A stretch of 64,000 nt of DNA from an uncultured Candidatus Binatia bacterium (GTDB lineage: Bacteria; Desulfobacterota; Binatia; Bin18), in the NCBI GenBank assembly GCA_965214605.1, contig OZ243961.1, positions 3,008,001 through 3,072,000 of the forward strand, written 5' to 3'. Below, one piece after another: positions 1 through 9,704 of this stretch. The notes under the pieces were generated by a model. It was given only the letters and a program-made list of their open reading frames with translations, was not told the DNA's origin and did no database searches. A program made the position numbers and the translations under genes. Position 1 is the stretch's first letter. Every line of letters starts with the position of its first letter.

Positions 1-190
1 ACTGTTGAGCGCCAACATTGACCCACATGTTTTCCGGCCCAACCATCATATACGGATCACGGGTCAGGCCGAGTCCTGAGACGTAGAAGCGGAGGGCCAT
101 CTCTTGGTCGGGAATCGTCACATTGACGTGTTCCATGCCGAGGATGTTGCCGACGTCTTGCGTCTTGCGGTCGTATTTGGGCTGAGCCAT
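1..190 (-). CDS. VOC/glyoxalase-family protein, N-terminal part (runs off the window)
   Basis: Manual translation from ATG at 190: MAQPKYDRKTQDVGNILGMEHVNVTIPDQEMALRFYVSGLGLTRDP. The EHVNV...FY..GLG pattern fits the VOC fold; GGAGG RBS upstream. Confidence 0.7.
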   Translation of the reverse strand, partial: MAQPKYDRKTQDVGNILGMEHVNVTIPDQEMALRFYVSGLGLTRDPYMMVGPENMWVNVGAQQ

Positions 191-318
191 GTTTTGCCTC
201 CTTTGCTCAGACTCTTTAGCGCTGATTATTTCCTTGCCCGCGTTCTTTTGCAAGCTTGGCGGCACGATGGTAGACTGACCCGGATTGAAGCGCCCATGGA
301 AAAGAGGAGGATGCCCCC

Positions 319-1515
319 ATGTCGGCACTCGACCATATTCGTATTCTCGATTTGACCCACTACGAAGCCGGGCCGGCCTGTACCGAACTGTTGGCCTTTT
401 TAGGGGCGGATGTCATTAAGCTTGAGCCGCCGGGCAAGGGGGAGCCGGGCCGCAGCTTCGTGCGCGATAAGCCGGATGTGGACTCCTATCTTTTTGTGCT
501 GCTGAACGCCAGCAAACGCAGCGTCACCCTTGATCTCAAATCCGAGCAGGGCAAAGACTTGTTCCGTGCCCTCGTCAAGCAGGTCGACGTTGTGATCGAA
601 AATTTTTCGCTGGGTACCATGGAGGAGTTGGGGCTTGGCTACCAGAGCCTGCGCGAGATCAATCCCTGCCTCGTCTACGCGACGATTAAGGGCTATGGCA
701 CCTACGGTCCGTGGAGTAGTTATAAGAGCTTTAACTCTGCCGCCCTGGCAACCGGCGGCGCGATCAGCATCACCGGCTTGCCGGACGGACCGCCGATCAA
801 ACCCGGTCCGACCATTGCTGACACCGGAACCGGCCTCCACTGCGCGGTGGGCATTTTGTCAGCCTTACTGCAGCGCAACAAAACCGGCCGTGGGCAACAC
901 GTTGAAGTGGCCATGCAAGACGCCATGGTCAACTACGGACGGGTTCCCATGCGACACCATCTCCAGACCGGGGCGGTCGTGCAGCGCAGCGGCAACCGTC
1001 TGAGCCATGCCGCACCGACCGATACCTATGCCTGTCATCCTGGCGGGCCTAACGACTACATCTACCTTATGGCCACTACTTCGGCCATGTGGGACGCCCT
1101 GCTGCGGGTTATTGAGCGGGAAGATCTGATTGACGATCCGCGCTATACCGGCCGGGCCGAACGCAACGCGCGCTTTGACGAAGTGTACGAGTTTATCAGC
1201 GCCTGGACCCGGCAGCACGACAAGTTCACAGTCATGCACAAAATGGGCGAGGTCGGTATTCCGTGTGGCGCCGTATTTGATTCCCGGGATATCCTCAGTG
1301 ACCCTCACCTGCGCGAACGCGGCATGGTAGCAACGATTGAGCACCCGACGCGGGGCGAGATCACCATGCCGACCTGCGCCGTCCAACTAGACGACTCGCC
1401 GCTTAACCTCAAACCCGCCCCACTCTTGGGGGAGCACAACGGCGAAGTGTATCATGATCTGCTGGGCCTGAGTGCCGAAGCGGTCAAGGAGCTGGAGGTG
1501 GAAGGGGTCATCTGA
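319..1515 (+). CDS. CaiB/BaiF family III CoA transferase (formyl-CoA transferase-like)
   Basis: RILDLT..EAGP..LLAFLGADVIKLEPP, NASKRSVTLDLK, DVVIENF, GYGTYGP; GAGGAGG RBS. Confidence 0.93.
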   Translation: MSALDHIRILDLTHYEAGPACTELLAFLGADVIKLEPPGKGEPGRSFVRDKPDVDSYLFVLLNASKRSVTLDLKSEQGKDLFRALVKQVDVVIENFSLGTMEELGLGYQSLREINPCLVYATIKGYGTYGPWSSYKSFNSAALATGGAISITGLPDGPPIKPGPTIADTGTGLHCAVGILSALLQRNKTGRGQHVEVAMQDAMVNYGRVPMRHHLQTGAVVQRSGNRLSHAAPTDTYACHPGGPNDYIYLMATTSAMWDALLRVIEREDLIDDPRYTGRAERNARFDEVYEFISAWTRQHDKFTVMHKMGEVGIPCGAVFDSRDILSDPHLRERGMVATIEHPTRGEITMPTCAVQLDDSPLNLKPAPLLGEHNGEVYHDLLGLSAEAVKELEVEGVI

Positions 1516-1599
1516 GTGTCCTGCCTGTCTGGAGAATAGTGATTATCTCTCGCACTGTGAGTTTGAGCAGTGCCATGAGCGTCGGATATTAAGAGGGCC

Positions 1600-1900
1600 G
1601 AGTTAATAGAGGAGTGGGCTCTGTAAGCCTGCCGGTCCGGACCGAGACGCAGGGGGACCCCCACGCCCACACCATAACTTGGCTCGGCGTATACCATGGC
1701 GCCACAACCTCCGGTGTTCATCTCGCCGACAACGTCCCCCTATGCCTTGACCTCGACGACGAACCGTGGCCGGATGCTCTGATCCGAACCGGACAAGGGC
1801 GGCCATTCTTTAGTTGCCGCGGACGATGACAGTGAAGGCGCGCCCGAACTGATTGTTGAAATTGCCGCTGGCAGCGCAGGCTACGACCTGGACGACTCTG
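1600..1900 (+). pseudogene. Uma2/DUF820 endonuclease relic
   Basis: Fragments PHAHTITWLGVY, LDLDDEPWPDA and EGAPELIVEIAAGSAGYDLDD lie across frames, with no intact start or end. Confidence 0.7.
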
Positions 1901-2112
1901 GTCAAGGGGTTGGAGTGTCCTGCTCGTGTCCGCCCTGTTTGCCCCGGCGGCGGCTGGCAATCGCCCAGAGGGGTTCGTCGATATCCCTGTTTTCCCTGGA
2001 CGCCTTTTTGGGGGATTCTACGGCTACTTCCTGTGGTGGGAGCGTCTCTTTCGCCGGCGGTACGCCTAGGTGCAGGGGCAATCGGTGGCGGTGATTGATT
2101 GCTCTATGGACA

Positions 2113-2161
2113 CTCTTCCGTTCAAGACGGGCGGCCGACGTGGCGGGCAGCCGTCTTTTCT
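2113..2161 (+). terminator. Possible intrinsic terminator hairpin
   Basis: AAGACGG...CCGTCTT inverted repeat followed by TTTT. Confidence 0.35.
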
Positions 2162-2249
2162 GTGCCTCTCTCCCTGTTTCCCGGTGCGGTCCTCGGGATG
2201 AGGCTGATGGTGATTTTGCCGAGTTCGGAATTCGCTAGGGGAAAAGCCC

Positions 2250-2713
2250 GTGAGCCGGAGAGTATTTTATAGTTTTCACTGTAAACCCGATAACAGGCAT
2301 ACGGCGTAGGTGCGCAATATCGGTGGGATTGAGGGCAATAGCCCCGCTACGGATAATGAATGGGAAACCGTCAAGAGGGGCGGCGATCAAACGCTGGATT
2401 GATAAGGAAATGAAAGGCCGGTCGTGCTGGGTCGTGTTGAGCGGGGCTCACACCGCTAAGTGGATCAACTCCAAGATTCGCAAGGCGTGGGAGGACGGCA
2501 CGGGCGTTGCAGGGATTAATATCCACAGTTTGGAAGATGAGAACGGGAAAGCTTCTTCAATTTTAATCAGGATGGAATCCGTTCGATTTGCTCCCATCAC
2601 TGTCTGCAATCATGCCACGTTATAACCCGCCCTCCCGGACCGGCCAAGACCGGTATACCTGGATCGTAAAGAACTCAGCGGATGTCGTCGAAGAGGTGAT
2701 TCAGATAGGCTAG
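2250..2713 (+). pseudogene. TIR-domain protein (MTH538/DUF1863, ThsB-like), disrupted
   Basis: GTG at 2250 gives MSRRVFYSFHCKPDNRHTA*VRNIGGIEGNSPATDNEWETVKRGG, then a frameshift to AAIKRWIDKEMKGRSCWVVLSG..KWINSKIRKAW..G.G..GINIH. TAG at 2307. Confidence 0.85.
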
Positions 2714-2759
2714 GATGCCCAATAAAAAGTGGCCGAGCACCGTGGCCGGGTCTCTGAGC

Positions 2760-3390
2760 CATGTTTGACACAATGCACGGGTATCAGCCAGACAAATGGC
2801 TTGTCGAAAAAGCAGGAAGGGCCATCAGCATAAGCCGGACCGCTGGAAGCACGATGTTACGCAGTCGATAGACATGGACGAGGCTTGGCGCATAGGCTTT
2901 GCGCCGGAGGTCTACCGGACCACGCTGGCCCCGGCCACCTAGGTGGCCGGGGCCACGTTGACGGCGACAAAGGAGCTACGGGACATCGGCCGCACCACGC
3001 TGATGGACGATCGCGGTGATTGACACCCCTCTTTCGTATATGTACCTGAAAGAGCACCGGGCACTCCAGCGTCACCTCTCGAAGGCCTTTCAGCCAAGTC
3101 CCGGTGAAACGGTACGAGTCGCAGGACTACCGCCGAAACTGCCTATTCTTCCCCGAGCGCAACGTGACCATGTCGGCCCTAACCGAGGCGACCATCATCG
3201 TGAAAGCGGAAGAGACGTCGGGCACCCTGATTCGGGCACGTGCGGCTCTGCAACAAAGGCGCAAGCTCTTCATCCTCGACAACTGTTTCCACAATCCACA
3301 GCTTAACTAGCCGGCCCGGTTTGCCGAGCAGGGTGCCATCCGGATCAAGGACTACGATGACCTCCGAACGCATCTTTCCCACAGCGCCTC
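2760..3390 (+). pseudogene. DprA/Smf-like protein, disrupted
   Basis: RTIAVIDTPL, FFPERNVTMSALTEATIIVKAEETSGTLIRARAAL; frameshifts and TAG at 3308. Confidence 0.8.
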
Positions 3391-4015
3391 ACTGAGGTCG
3401 ACGAGCTGATACGGCCAGATCATTCTGCTGACCGAAGCCGACGCCTGCTACTTCATCGGCGAGTACACGGCACGTATGCCCATAGCGCTACCAACGACGT
3501 GATCTCGAATTCCAAGAAGGAGATGAATCGGCGCGGGCTGCCGGAGCGGCAGTATAAAGAACAAGCGATTCAAACCGTCGCAGACGTCCTTCGGAAAGCC
3601 CTCAATCCGGATGCTCTCCACCGTCTGACCTTCGCGCCAATTCCGCCCTCGAAGGCACGGAACGATCCGCTCTATGACAGCCGTCTCACCTGGATGCTTC
3701 ATGCTATTCGCCCCAAGCCGACTCGGGACACTCGCGGACTCATTACTCAGACAGCAAGCACGGAGTCTGTTCATCCCCAAGGCCATTCCTGAACAGTTTG
3801 AGGCAATGTATCGAATTGACCAAGCATTGGTGGAACCAGCGCCCGATTACATCGCCGTGGTCGACGACATGTTGACGGCAGGGGCGCATTGCCGAGCGGC
3901 AAAATCAATTCTTTCGGCTCGTTTTCCGAAGGCAGTCATTGTAGGGCTCTTCATCGCCCGGTGGGTGCCGGCTAGGGACGAATTCGGCGAGCACGACAAC
4001 TGTGCCGAATATTGA
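3370..4015 (+). pseudogene. Phosphoribosyltransferase (ComF-like) partner of DprA, frameshifted
   Basis: FPQRLTEVDELIRPDH, CYFIGEYT, PIPPSK...DPLYDSR, and the PRPP-binding-like VVDDMLTAGAH. Confidence 0.8.
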
Positions 4016-4379
4016 GGAGTCTGTGCCTCCTTCCGGAGTCAGGGAGGGGGCGTCGGAGGAGTTAATATAGGCAATTCGTGTCCCCTCAAGCAGGTCGGGA
4101 TCCTGCGCACGATGACCGTGAGCACTGCAGGTGTTCAGGGCTTGCGGGTTGACCTAGAGACAACGACTCCGCTCCGAAAAGGGGCGTGCCATAAGGGGTA
4201 CGGTATTGGCAAATATTAAGGAACACCATCATCCGCAATGGAATGGCTGGCTCAAGGCCGCATTTGAATAGAATGGGGCGCTGCCGATCACCGAGCGTGA
4301 CATTGAGGCCCAAGTGCCAAGAGGGCAGGGAGCGAAAACAAGGCAGGAGGCCGCCGTCATTTGGCCGAGGAACGGAATA

Positions 4380-5880
4380 TGGTTCGCCACGGCCGCGTCT
4401 TGGAGGAGCGTGGAATCGGACCGAACTCGAACAGCTAGGTCCGCAGTGTCGCTACGTCGTCACAAAAACCTTGTACGAACGGGGCTTTCCGGTCTGGTTG
4501 CACGAGCAATCGGCGCCTAGGCTGAACAAATGGATAGCGCGCGCGGCGCCCCGTGCCGGGAGCATTAACGACGACCGGACCGGTGGCAGGGTGGCCAACC
4601 AACTTCATCTCGGCCCGCAGGAGGGAATCGCTGACTTCATCGACCGCCTGTCTGCGGCAAGACCAACCGAAATACGTGTCCAGCGTAGCTACAACAGCGA
4701 CGCGGACTAGGCGAGAAAGCGGGCGAAATCCCCGGACAACCTGCTGTGCGACGTGGTGGGGCAGGCGTTTGATACGTACTTGAAGGATGAAAAGTGGGCA
4801 TGGGTGGCAAAGGAGCTGGGGGACGTCCTCCCGAAGACGGGAACGGAGCAGTCTGAACGAGGCGAAGGAACTGAGGAATGCCTTCCCGGAGACGGAACGC
4901 GGGGAGGGGACGCGCCCGGCAGCGGCGCCTGCCGGAGCAGGATACAGAAGACTGGGAAGCCGTTCTGTACTTCCTGCTCCATCTCGTGCCTGTTGATGCG
5001 GTCAGCCGTTTGAAGCATCAGCTGCGCAAATGGTCCATCCTGGAAAAGAAGGCGTCACCGGAGGCAGAAGAACAGCGGTCACCGGAGGTCACCGCCATTG
5101 GACGACTACTTAGTCTCTATCTCGACATGCACGACGCCAAGTTCGAGGGCAGTGAAGGTGTGGCTACAGCCGAAGAACTCAAGGAACTGTTCCAATCCGA
5201 AGACGCCTTTGCCCGAGCATGTCCCGGACAGCTGGGGGCCAGGACGCTGGCCACTACGTGCCCTGGCGCGGGCTGTGGGAGATTTTGCGTTTCGGCAGTC
5301 TGAAGCCGTTGATGCCGATTTTCAGGCAGCATCGCATTACAGACGAGGATGTGAAGAAGCTGACCAAGACGGAAACGCCCGAGAATGGCAAGGCCTCCTC
5401 CTCCCGCATCGCCAGAGACCAGGAGAAGCGCGAAGCGCTGCACGACCAATAGGTGAAAAAGAAAAAAAGTTTTCCCAGGAGGACAAGACCGCTTATTGCG
5501 AGGCGCTGGCCGAGGTGGTCGCGCATCGGCATTTGGCCGCCCATGTTCGCCTCAACAATCACGCCCGTTTGCATAGCCTGCTGATGGGAGTGCTTGGGCA
5601 GTTGGTTGATTATGCTGGGCTGTGGGAGCGTGATCTGTGTTTTTCGACGCTGGCGCTCATCTCACTGCAAAAGAAGAGGCCTCAGGACAATTTCTTCATC
5701 GGAGAAGAGCGCGAGGCTCTGGGCAACGGCCGGATCGTTGATGCCCTGAAAAAATTAAAGAAGAGAGGCGATAAAGGGGACGCCTCTGTACAGGCGATTT
5801 TCTGTCAATTGAAGCGCCTGTTCGGCGCTAATTTTCTCGACAGTAAAAAAGGTCTGGTCAGCATTCGCAACGATTCTTCT
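4380..5880 (+). pseudogene. cas13a: Cas13a (type VI-A effector) relic, central/C-terminal part
   Basis: Collinear fragments TEIRVQRSYNSDAD*ARKRA, DWEAVLYFLLHLVPVDAVSRLKHQLRKW, LYLDMHDAKFEG, RGLWEILRFG and HRHLAAHVRLNNHARLHSLLMGVLGQLVDYAGLWERD match Rhodobacter-type Cas13a as I recall it. It ends at IRND, the start of the HEPN2 RxxxxH motif. Confidence 0.8.
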
Positions 5881-6072
5881 TTCCTGAGACGTCAGAGAAG
5901 AGGAAGACAAAGCGGACATGTCCGGAAAAGGGGACGAAAAAACTGGAGAAATGAGAGAGGCGCCCTTCGGGAGAAGACGCTCCCCTGATCCACAGAGGAG
6001 GGCCGATACGGGACGACAACACAACTGTCCCGCGCATTTGCTCAGCCTTACCTAACATGCTAGCACGAAACC

Positions 6073-6354
6073 ATGGGTCGAGCAAAACAACGACAGCAAC
6101 GCATCCAGCACCTCGAAGAGCAAGCTGCACGGATACAAGCCGAAACGCGCCGCCTCAAAGCCCTCGTCAGTCAGGAAGAGCGGGAGCGGGAGACGCGGCG
6201 AAAAATTCTCGTTGGCTCTATGGTCCTCGCCCTCGTCGAGCGCGGCGAATGGCCCGAACAACGCTTCAAAACCACCCGTGCTCGGGCCCTGTTTGAACCG
6301 CCGCCTCAAACGGCGCCGCCCGTTACCGCTCCAGAGAGGACAATAGATGACTGA
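6073..6354 (+). CDS. Small plasmid mobilisation/TraD-like coiled-coil protein
   Basis: ERERETRRKILVGSMVL motif typical of small mob/TraD proteins. Confidence 0.6.
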   Translation: MGRAKQRQQRIQHLEEQAARIQAETRRLKALVSQEERERETRRKILVGSMVLALVERGEWPEQRFKTTRARALFEPPPQTAPPVTAPERTIDD

Positions 6355-6712
6355 ATACGAAATCGCAGCCTTAGCACTGGCTGAGAGCCGAGTGGGGATT
6401 ATGCAGGGCCAACTCGCCGTCGCGCAGGCTCAAGTCTGGGTCACCGCCGGGCTTGGCCTCCTGCAGTGCCTGTTGATTGCGGGCGGTTTATGGCTGATGT
6501 GGGGTGGGAGCAAGCAGCGGGATCAGCAGCTGGCGCAGCAGGCCGGGCAGTTCGCCGAACTGATCCGCCGCGGCGAACGCCAGGGCAAGGCGCTTGAACG
6601 TCAAGGCGAGGCGCTCGAACGTCAAGGCGAGGCGCTCGAACGCCAAGGCGAAGTCTTAGCCGAGCTGTTGCGCCGGACCACTCCGAAAACCCGGGAAGAG
6701 AAAGCAAAATGA
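6347..6712 (+). CDS. Membrane-anchored coiled-coil protein with ALERQGE repeats
   Basis: One hydrophobic helix followed by heptad repeats; overlaps the upstream stop. Confidence 0.55.
   Translation: MTEYEIAALALAESRVGIMQGQLAVAQAQVWVTAGLGLLQCLLIAGGLWLMWGGSKQRDQQLAQQAGQFAELIRRGERQGKALERQGEALERQGEALERQGEVLAELLRRTTPKTREEKAK
6590..6651 (+). repeat. 21-bp in-frame tandem repeat, three copies
   Basis: gcgct(t/c)gaacg(t/c)caaggcga(g/a) repeated three times. Confidence 0.9.
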
Positions 6713-6773
6713 GCGTGGAAAAAACCGCCAGTCAGACGCCAGGCCGAAGCGGAGGCAAGGAAGGCCCATCCGC

Positions 6774-7030
6774 ATGAGCGCGCTGGCCTTTGACGCTCAT
6801 AAAGCGTCCTGGCCCTCAGGTAGGCGGGCTTCGCCGAGCCGCAAGCTAAGGCCGTAGTCATCAACCACCATGGGCGAAGCCCTTGACGACAACGTCGCCA
6901 CCAAGGCCGCTCTCACCGAGTTCCGCGCCGTCCTCGAAGCCGAGATGGTCCAGGGGTTCAAAGCGCTCTACAAACCCGTGTGGGCCATGGCCGCTGGCAT
7001 CGTGTCACCCTGGTCAAGCTCATTCAATAG
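6774..7030 (+). pseudogene. DUF1640/CCDC90-like protein, frameshifted copy
   Basis: MSALAF*.. then MGEALDDNVATKA..QGFKALYK; paralogue of 7494..7865. Confidence 0.7.
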
Positions 7031-7246
7031 CGAGCACGGCCGGAAGGCCCTGTTATCTGGTGAGGGATTTCGGAGTGGGTTGGATCGAGATCGGGCCGTG
7101 ACGGTCCAATCGGCATGCCGTAGGGGACTGCGCCCCTACGGCACCGAAATATACGACCTCTTATTAGAGATACCCCTCCAATAAAGGGGGGATTACCCCC
7201 CGACCTGCAAGTCTGGAAACTGTGAGGCGCGGAACTATGTAGGCGG

Positions 7247-7470
7247 GTGGCGCGGCCGGCCTACCTGCACCAGCTCAGTGACAGCAGGATGAAGCAGCTC
7301 AAGCATTTCAAGCAGAATTTGCTCCTAGCGATCCGGGGTCTGGAAACGGCAGGCGTGATCAAGTCGTTTGAGTTCCGGGACGACCTGGTCCACGTCCGGA
7401 CTGTGCCGAGCCAGAGCCAGCAGTGCCACTTGATCGCGTGCCAGCCACCTCAGCTCGGCGGCGGAAATAG
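7247..7470 (+). pseudogene. TrfA-like replication initiator, C-terminal fragment
   Basis: LHQLSDSRMKQLKHFKQNL...FEFRDDLVHVRTVPSQSQQCHL resembles TrfA C-termini; no N-terminus. Confidence 0.5.
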
Positions 7471-7493
7471 GCCCGGCATTGAGGGACGCTGTC

Positions 7494-7865
7494 CTAAGAG
7501 ATAAGCTTGAGCAGCGTGACGGTCAGGCCGACGATGCCGACAGCCATGAGCCAGAGCTGTTTGTAGAGCGCTTTGAACTCCTGGGCCATCTCGGTCCGCA
7601 CAGCCGCGATGTCAGCTCCGAGGTCGGCCTTCAGGGCGCCCATCTCGGTCCGCACAGCCGCGATGTCAGCTCCGAGGTCGGCCTTCAGAACGGCCATCTT
7701 GGCTTCGAGAGCGGCGCGGGTCTCGGTGAGGTCGGCCTTGGTGGCGACGTTGTCGTCAAGGGCTTCGCCCATGGTGTTGACCACGGCCTCGGCTTGGCCC
7801 TCCGCGAAGCCGGCCTGTTTGAGGGCGATGACGGCTTTATGGGTGTCAAAGGCCAGCGCGCTCAT
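7494..7865 (-). CDS. DUF1640/CCDC90-like coiled-coil protein with C-terminal TM helix
   Basis: FDTHKAV..LKQAGF.E.QAEA...ATKADL; internal 54-bp tandem duplication; AAGGAG RBS. Confidence 0.85.
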   Translation of the reverse strand: MSALAFDTHKAVIALKQAGFAEGQAEAVVNTMGEALDDNVATKADLTETRAALEAKMAVLKADLGADIAAVRTEMGALKADLGADIAAVRTEMAQEFKALYKQLWLMAVGIVGLTVTLLKLIS

Positions 7866-7889
7866 GGCTGGGGGACTCCTTTCTCGCGA

Positions 7890-8090
7890 TCCTAGCGGAG
7901 CGGGAGTTCAAACAGTGCCCGATCCCTGTCGCATTTCAGGGCGGCCTTGAGCCGTTCTTCGGGCCACTCGCCGCGCTCGACCATTCCCAGGATCATCGCC
8001 CCAACTAAAATCTTGCCTTGCGGTGTGTCGTGCTTGTGCTCCTACTGACTGGCGAGCGCCTTGAGGTAGTGTATCTTGGTTTGTCTCCGC
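7890..8090 (-). pseudogene. Second mob/TraD-like copy, disrupted
   Basis: KALASQ*..KILVGAMILGMVERGEWPEERLK..RALFE; paralogue of 6073..6354. Confidence 0.65.
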
Positions 8091-8259
8091 CCGGCTTACT
8101 CGTCAAGCTACTGGATCCGCTGCCGCCACCTCCTAGCACGGTGCGGGGGGGTGAGCAAGAGCGGATGAGGCATCAGTCATCGCACCCTGGTGGGCTCTGC
8201 TCTTCCTCCCTCAGTATGGAGTGAGGTGTTTTGTCGGAAAAAGGTTGATGAGGGTTTTT

Positions 8260-8654
8260 GGAAACCTTAGCATAGATGATCGGGTTGATGGTCGGGATAT
8301 GGGAGGTGGTATATCGCTCCAAGGTGGTAGCCAACCAGTCCGCCCAGTGTGGGTCGTCCTCAAAGATATCCAGCAGGATATTGGGAGTCCACGAGCAGAG
8401 AGAGCATGCCTCGCCCTGGGTCAACGCGAGGATCTTGTCGGCGGTCATCTTGACGTGGCGGCACCCCGGAACTTGTAAAAACGCTCTCCGGGCTTCGTCT
8501 GCCCGCTCTTCCTTACGATATACACCTGCTCGCTGTCCTCAATAAAATCCACTTCGCTGTAAGGCGTGATGCCGAGTTTTTCCCAAATCGGCAGCGGGAT
8601 GGCAACTTCCCCGTTCACGGCAACCTTCATACATACCAACTCCTCTCCTGCCAC
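8260..8654 (-). pseudogene. AbrB/MazE antitoxin plus truncated PIN (VapC) toxin
   Basis: MKV..NGEVAIPLPIWEKLGITPYSEVDF, then (D)TNILLDIFEDDPHWADW..INPIIYA; frameshifted and truncated. Confidence 0.65.
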
Positions 8655-8673
8655 AGGGTATTACTCACCCTTG

Positions 8674-8988
8674 TCAGTACGACGGAGCAGGCCCGTCGAC
8701 CAGGGCCTGCACGAGGTGCGTCCCATCGCCAAGGAGATTCCAATTGAATAGCAGACCAAAGCCGTTTTCCGTGTCGCCGCCCGCCGCAGCAGAGTGCCTT
8801 CTTGGGGGGACCGTCGTTAAAGACGATCTCAATGCGCTCAGCGTTGCACGCCTAGCCGGAGATGAGACCGATGCCGCTCTGGAAAGCATCGCATGAGGCC
8901 CGGTCTTCTCCAGGGCAGCTCGAGCCCAGACGTGGGAGGCAGCACAGAGGAGCAGCAGACATAGGACAGTGGTCGTGGGCAGCCGCAA
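8674..8988 (-). pseudogene. Secreted protein relic carrying a SFQSGIG / FNWNLLG domain
   Basis: Signal-like MRLPTTTVLCLLLLCAASHVWA; FQSGIGLISG and DTENGFGLLFNWNLLGDGTH lie in different frames. Confidence 0.55.
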
Positions 8989-9704
8989 GCGAGACGGCGG
9001 CGTGATCTGAGTGCATGAGCCCTTCCAGGGGAGAAGAGGCAGATAGGCGCGGCCGCGCCTTAAGGGTGCACCACATAAGCCGCTTATCTCCGTGCTGCTA
9101 GGTGGGGTGCCAAAGGGACGCAGTAGGCTGAAGCCGAGCCTTGTCCAGGAAGACGGATATCGGCGGCCTCTTCTTCAACTTGCTGCGGGTAACATCGAAG
9201 AGGCTGCTCTCCGCGAGTTTTACGATATCCCCTTCCGGTAATGCGAAGAAGGCCAATTTGTGCCTACCCCCGAGCATCACAAAGAGACCGGGCGGAAAAC
9301 TCTGAATGCTGTTGTCGGAAGCTCGTGCAGGAGCAGCTGTATACCACCACAGCGCTCCTGGTTTCGCCAGCACAGCGGTAAAGACGGGCGCGGATGCGGC
9401 AAGAGTCTGAGAGGGAGCACGATGGCGGCGTTCCCTCTACCGCCCTCTTCCCGCTCTTATCTTCTTCGAATCAGGGGGATTCCAATACGGCTCCAGAGGG
9501 CAAGGGAGATGCAGAAACCTTGCTGAAATGGGCCTTCACGGCCTCCGCGCTTGTGTTCAGCGTCGCCAGATACGCCCCCACCCCGCCCAGATCACCCGGT
9601 TGCTCGGCCGGCGGTCGTACCGCTTCCCAACAGGGTATGGCCCACTTCTCCGGGGTGGTTCATTCTGGCGGGGGACGGAAGAGGCGATGCGGTGGTTCCG
9701 ATCA

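Noticed and set aside
5098-5988. 296-aa ORF as a real standalone protein
   Set aside because: Only the part after ~5460 is in the Cas13a frame; the rest is off-frame read-through.
4016-6070. CRISPR array or cas1/cas2 beside the Cas13a relic
   Set aside because: No regularly spaced repeats and no cas1/cas2 motifs were found on either side.
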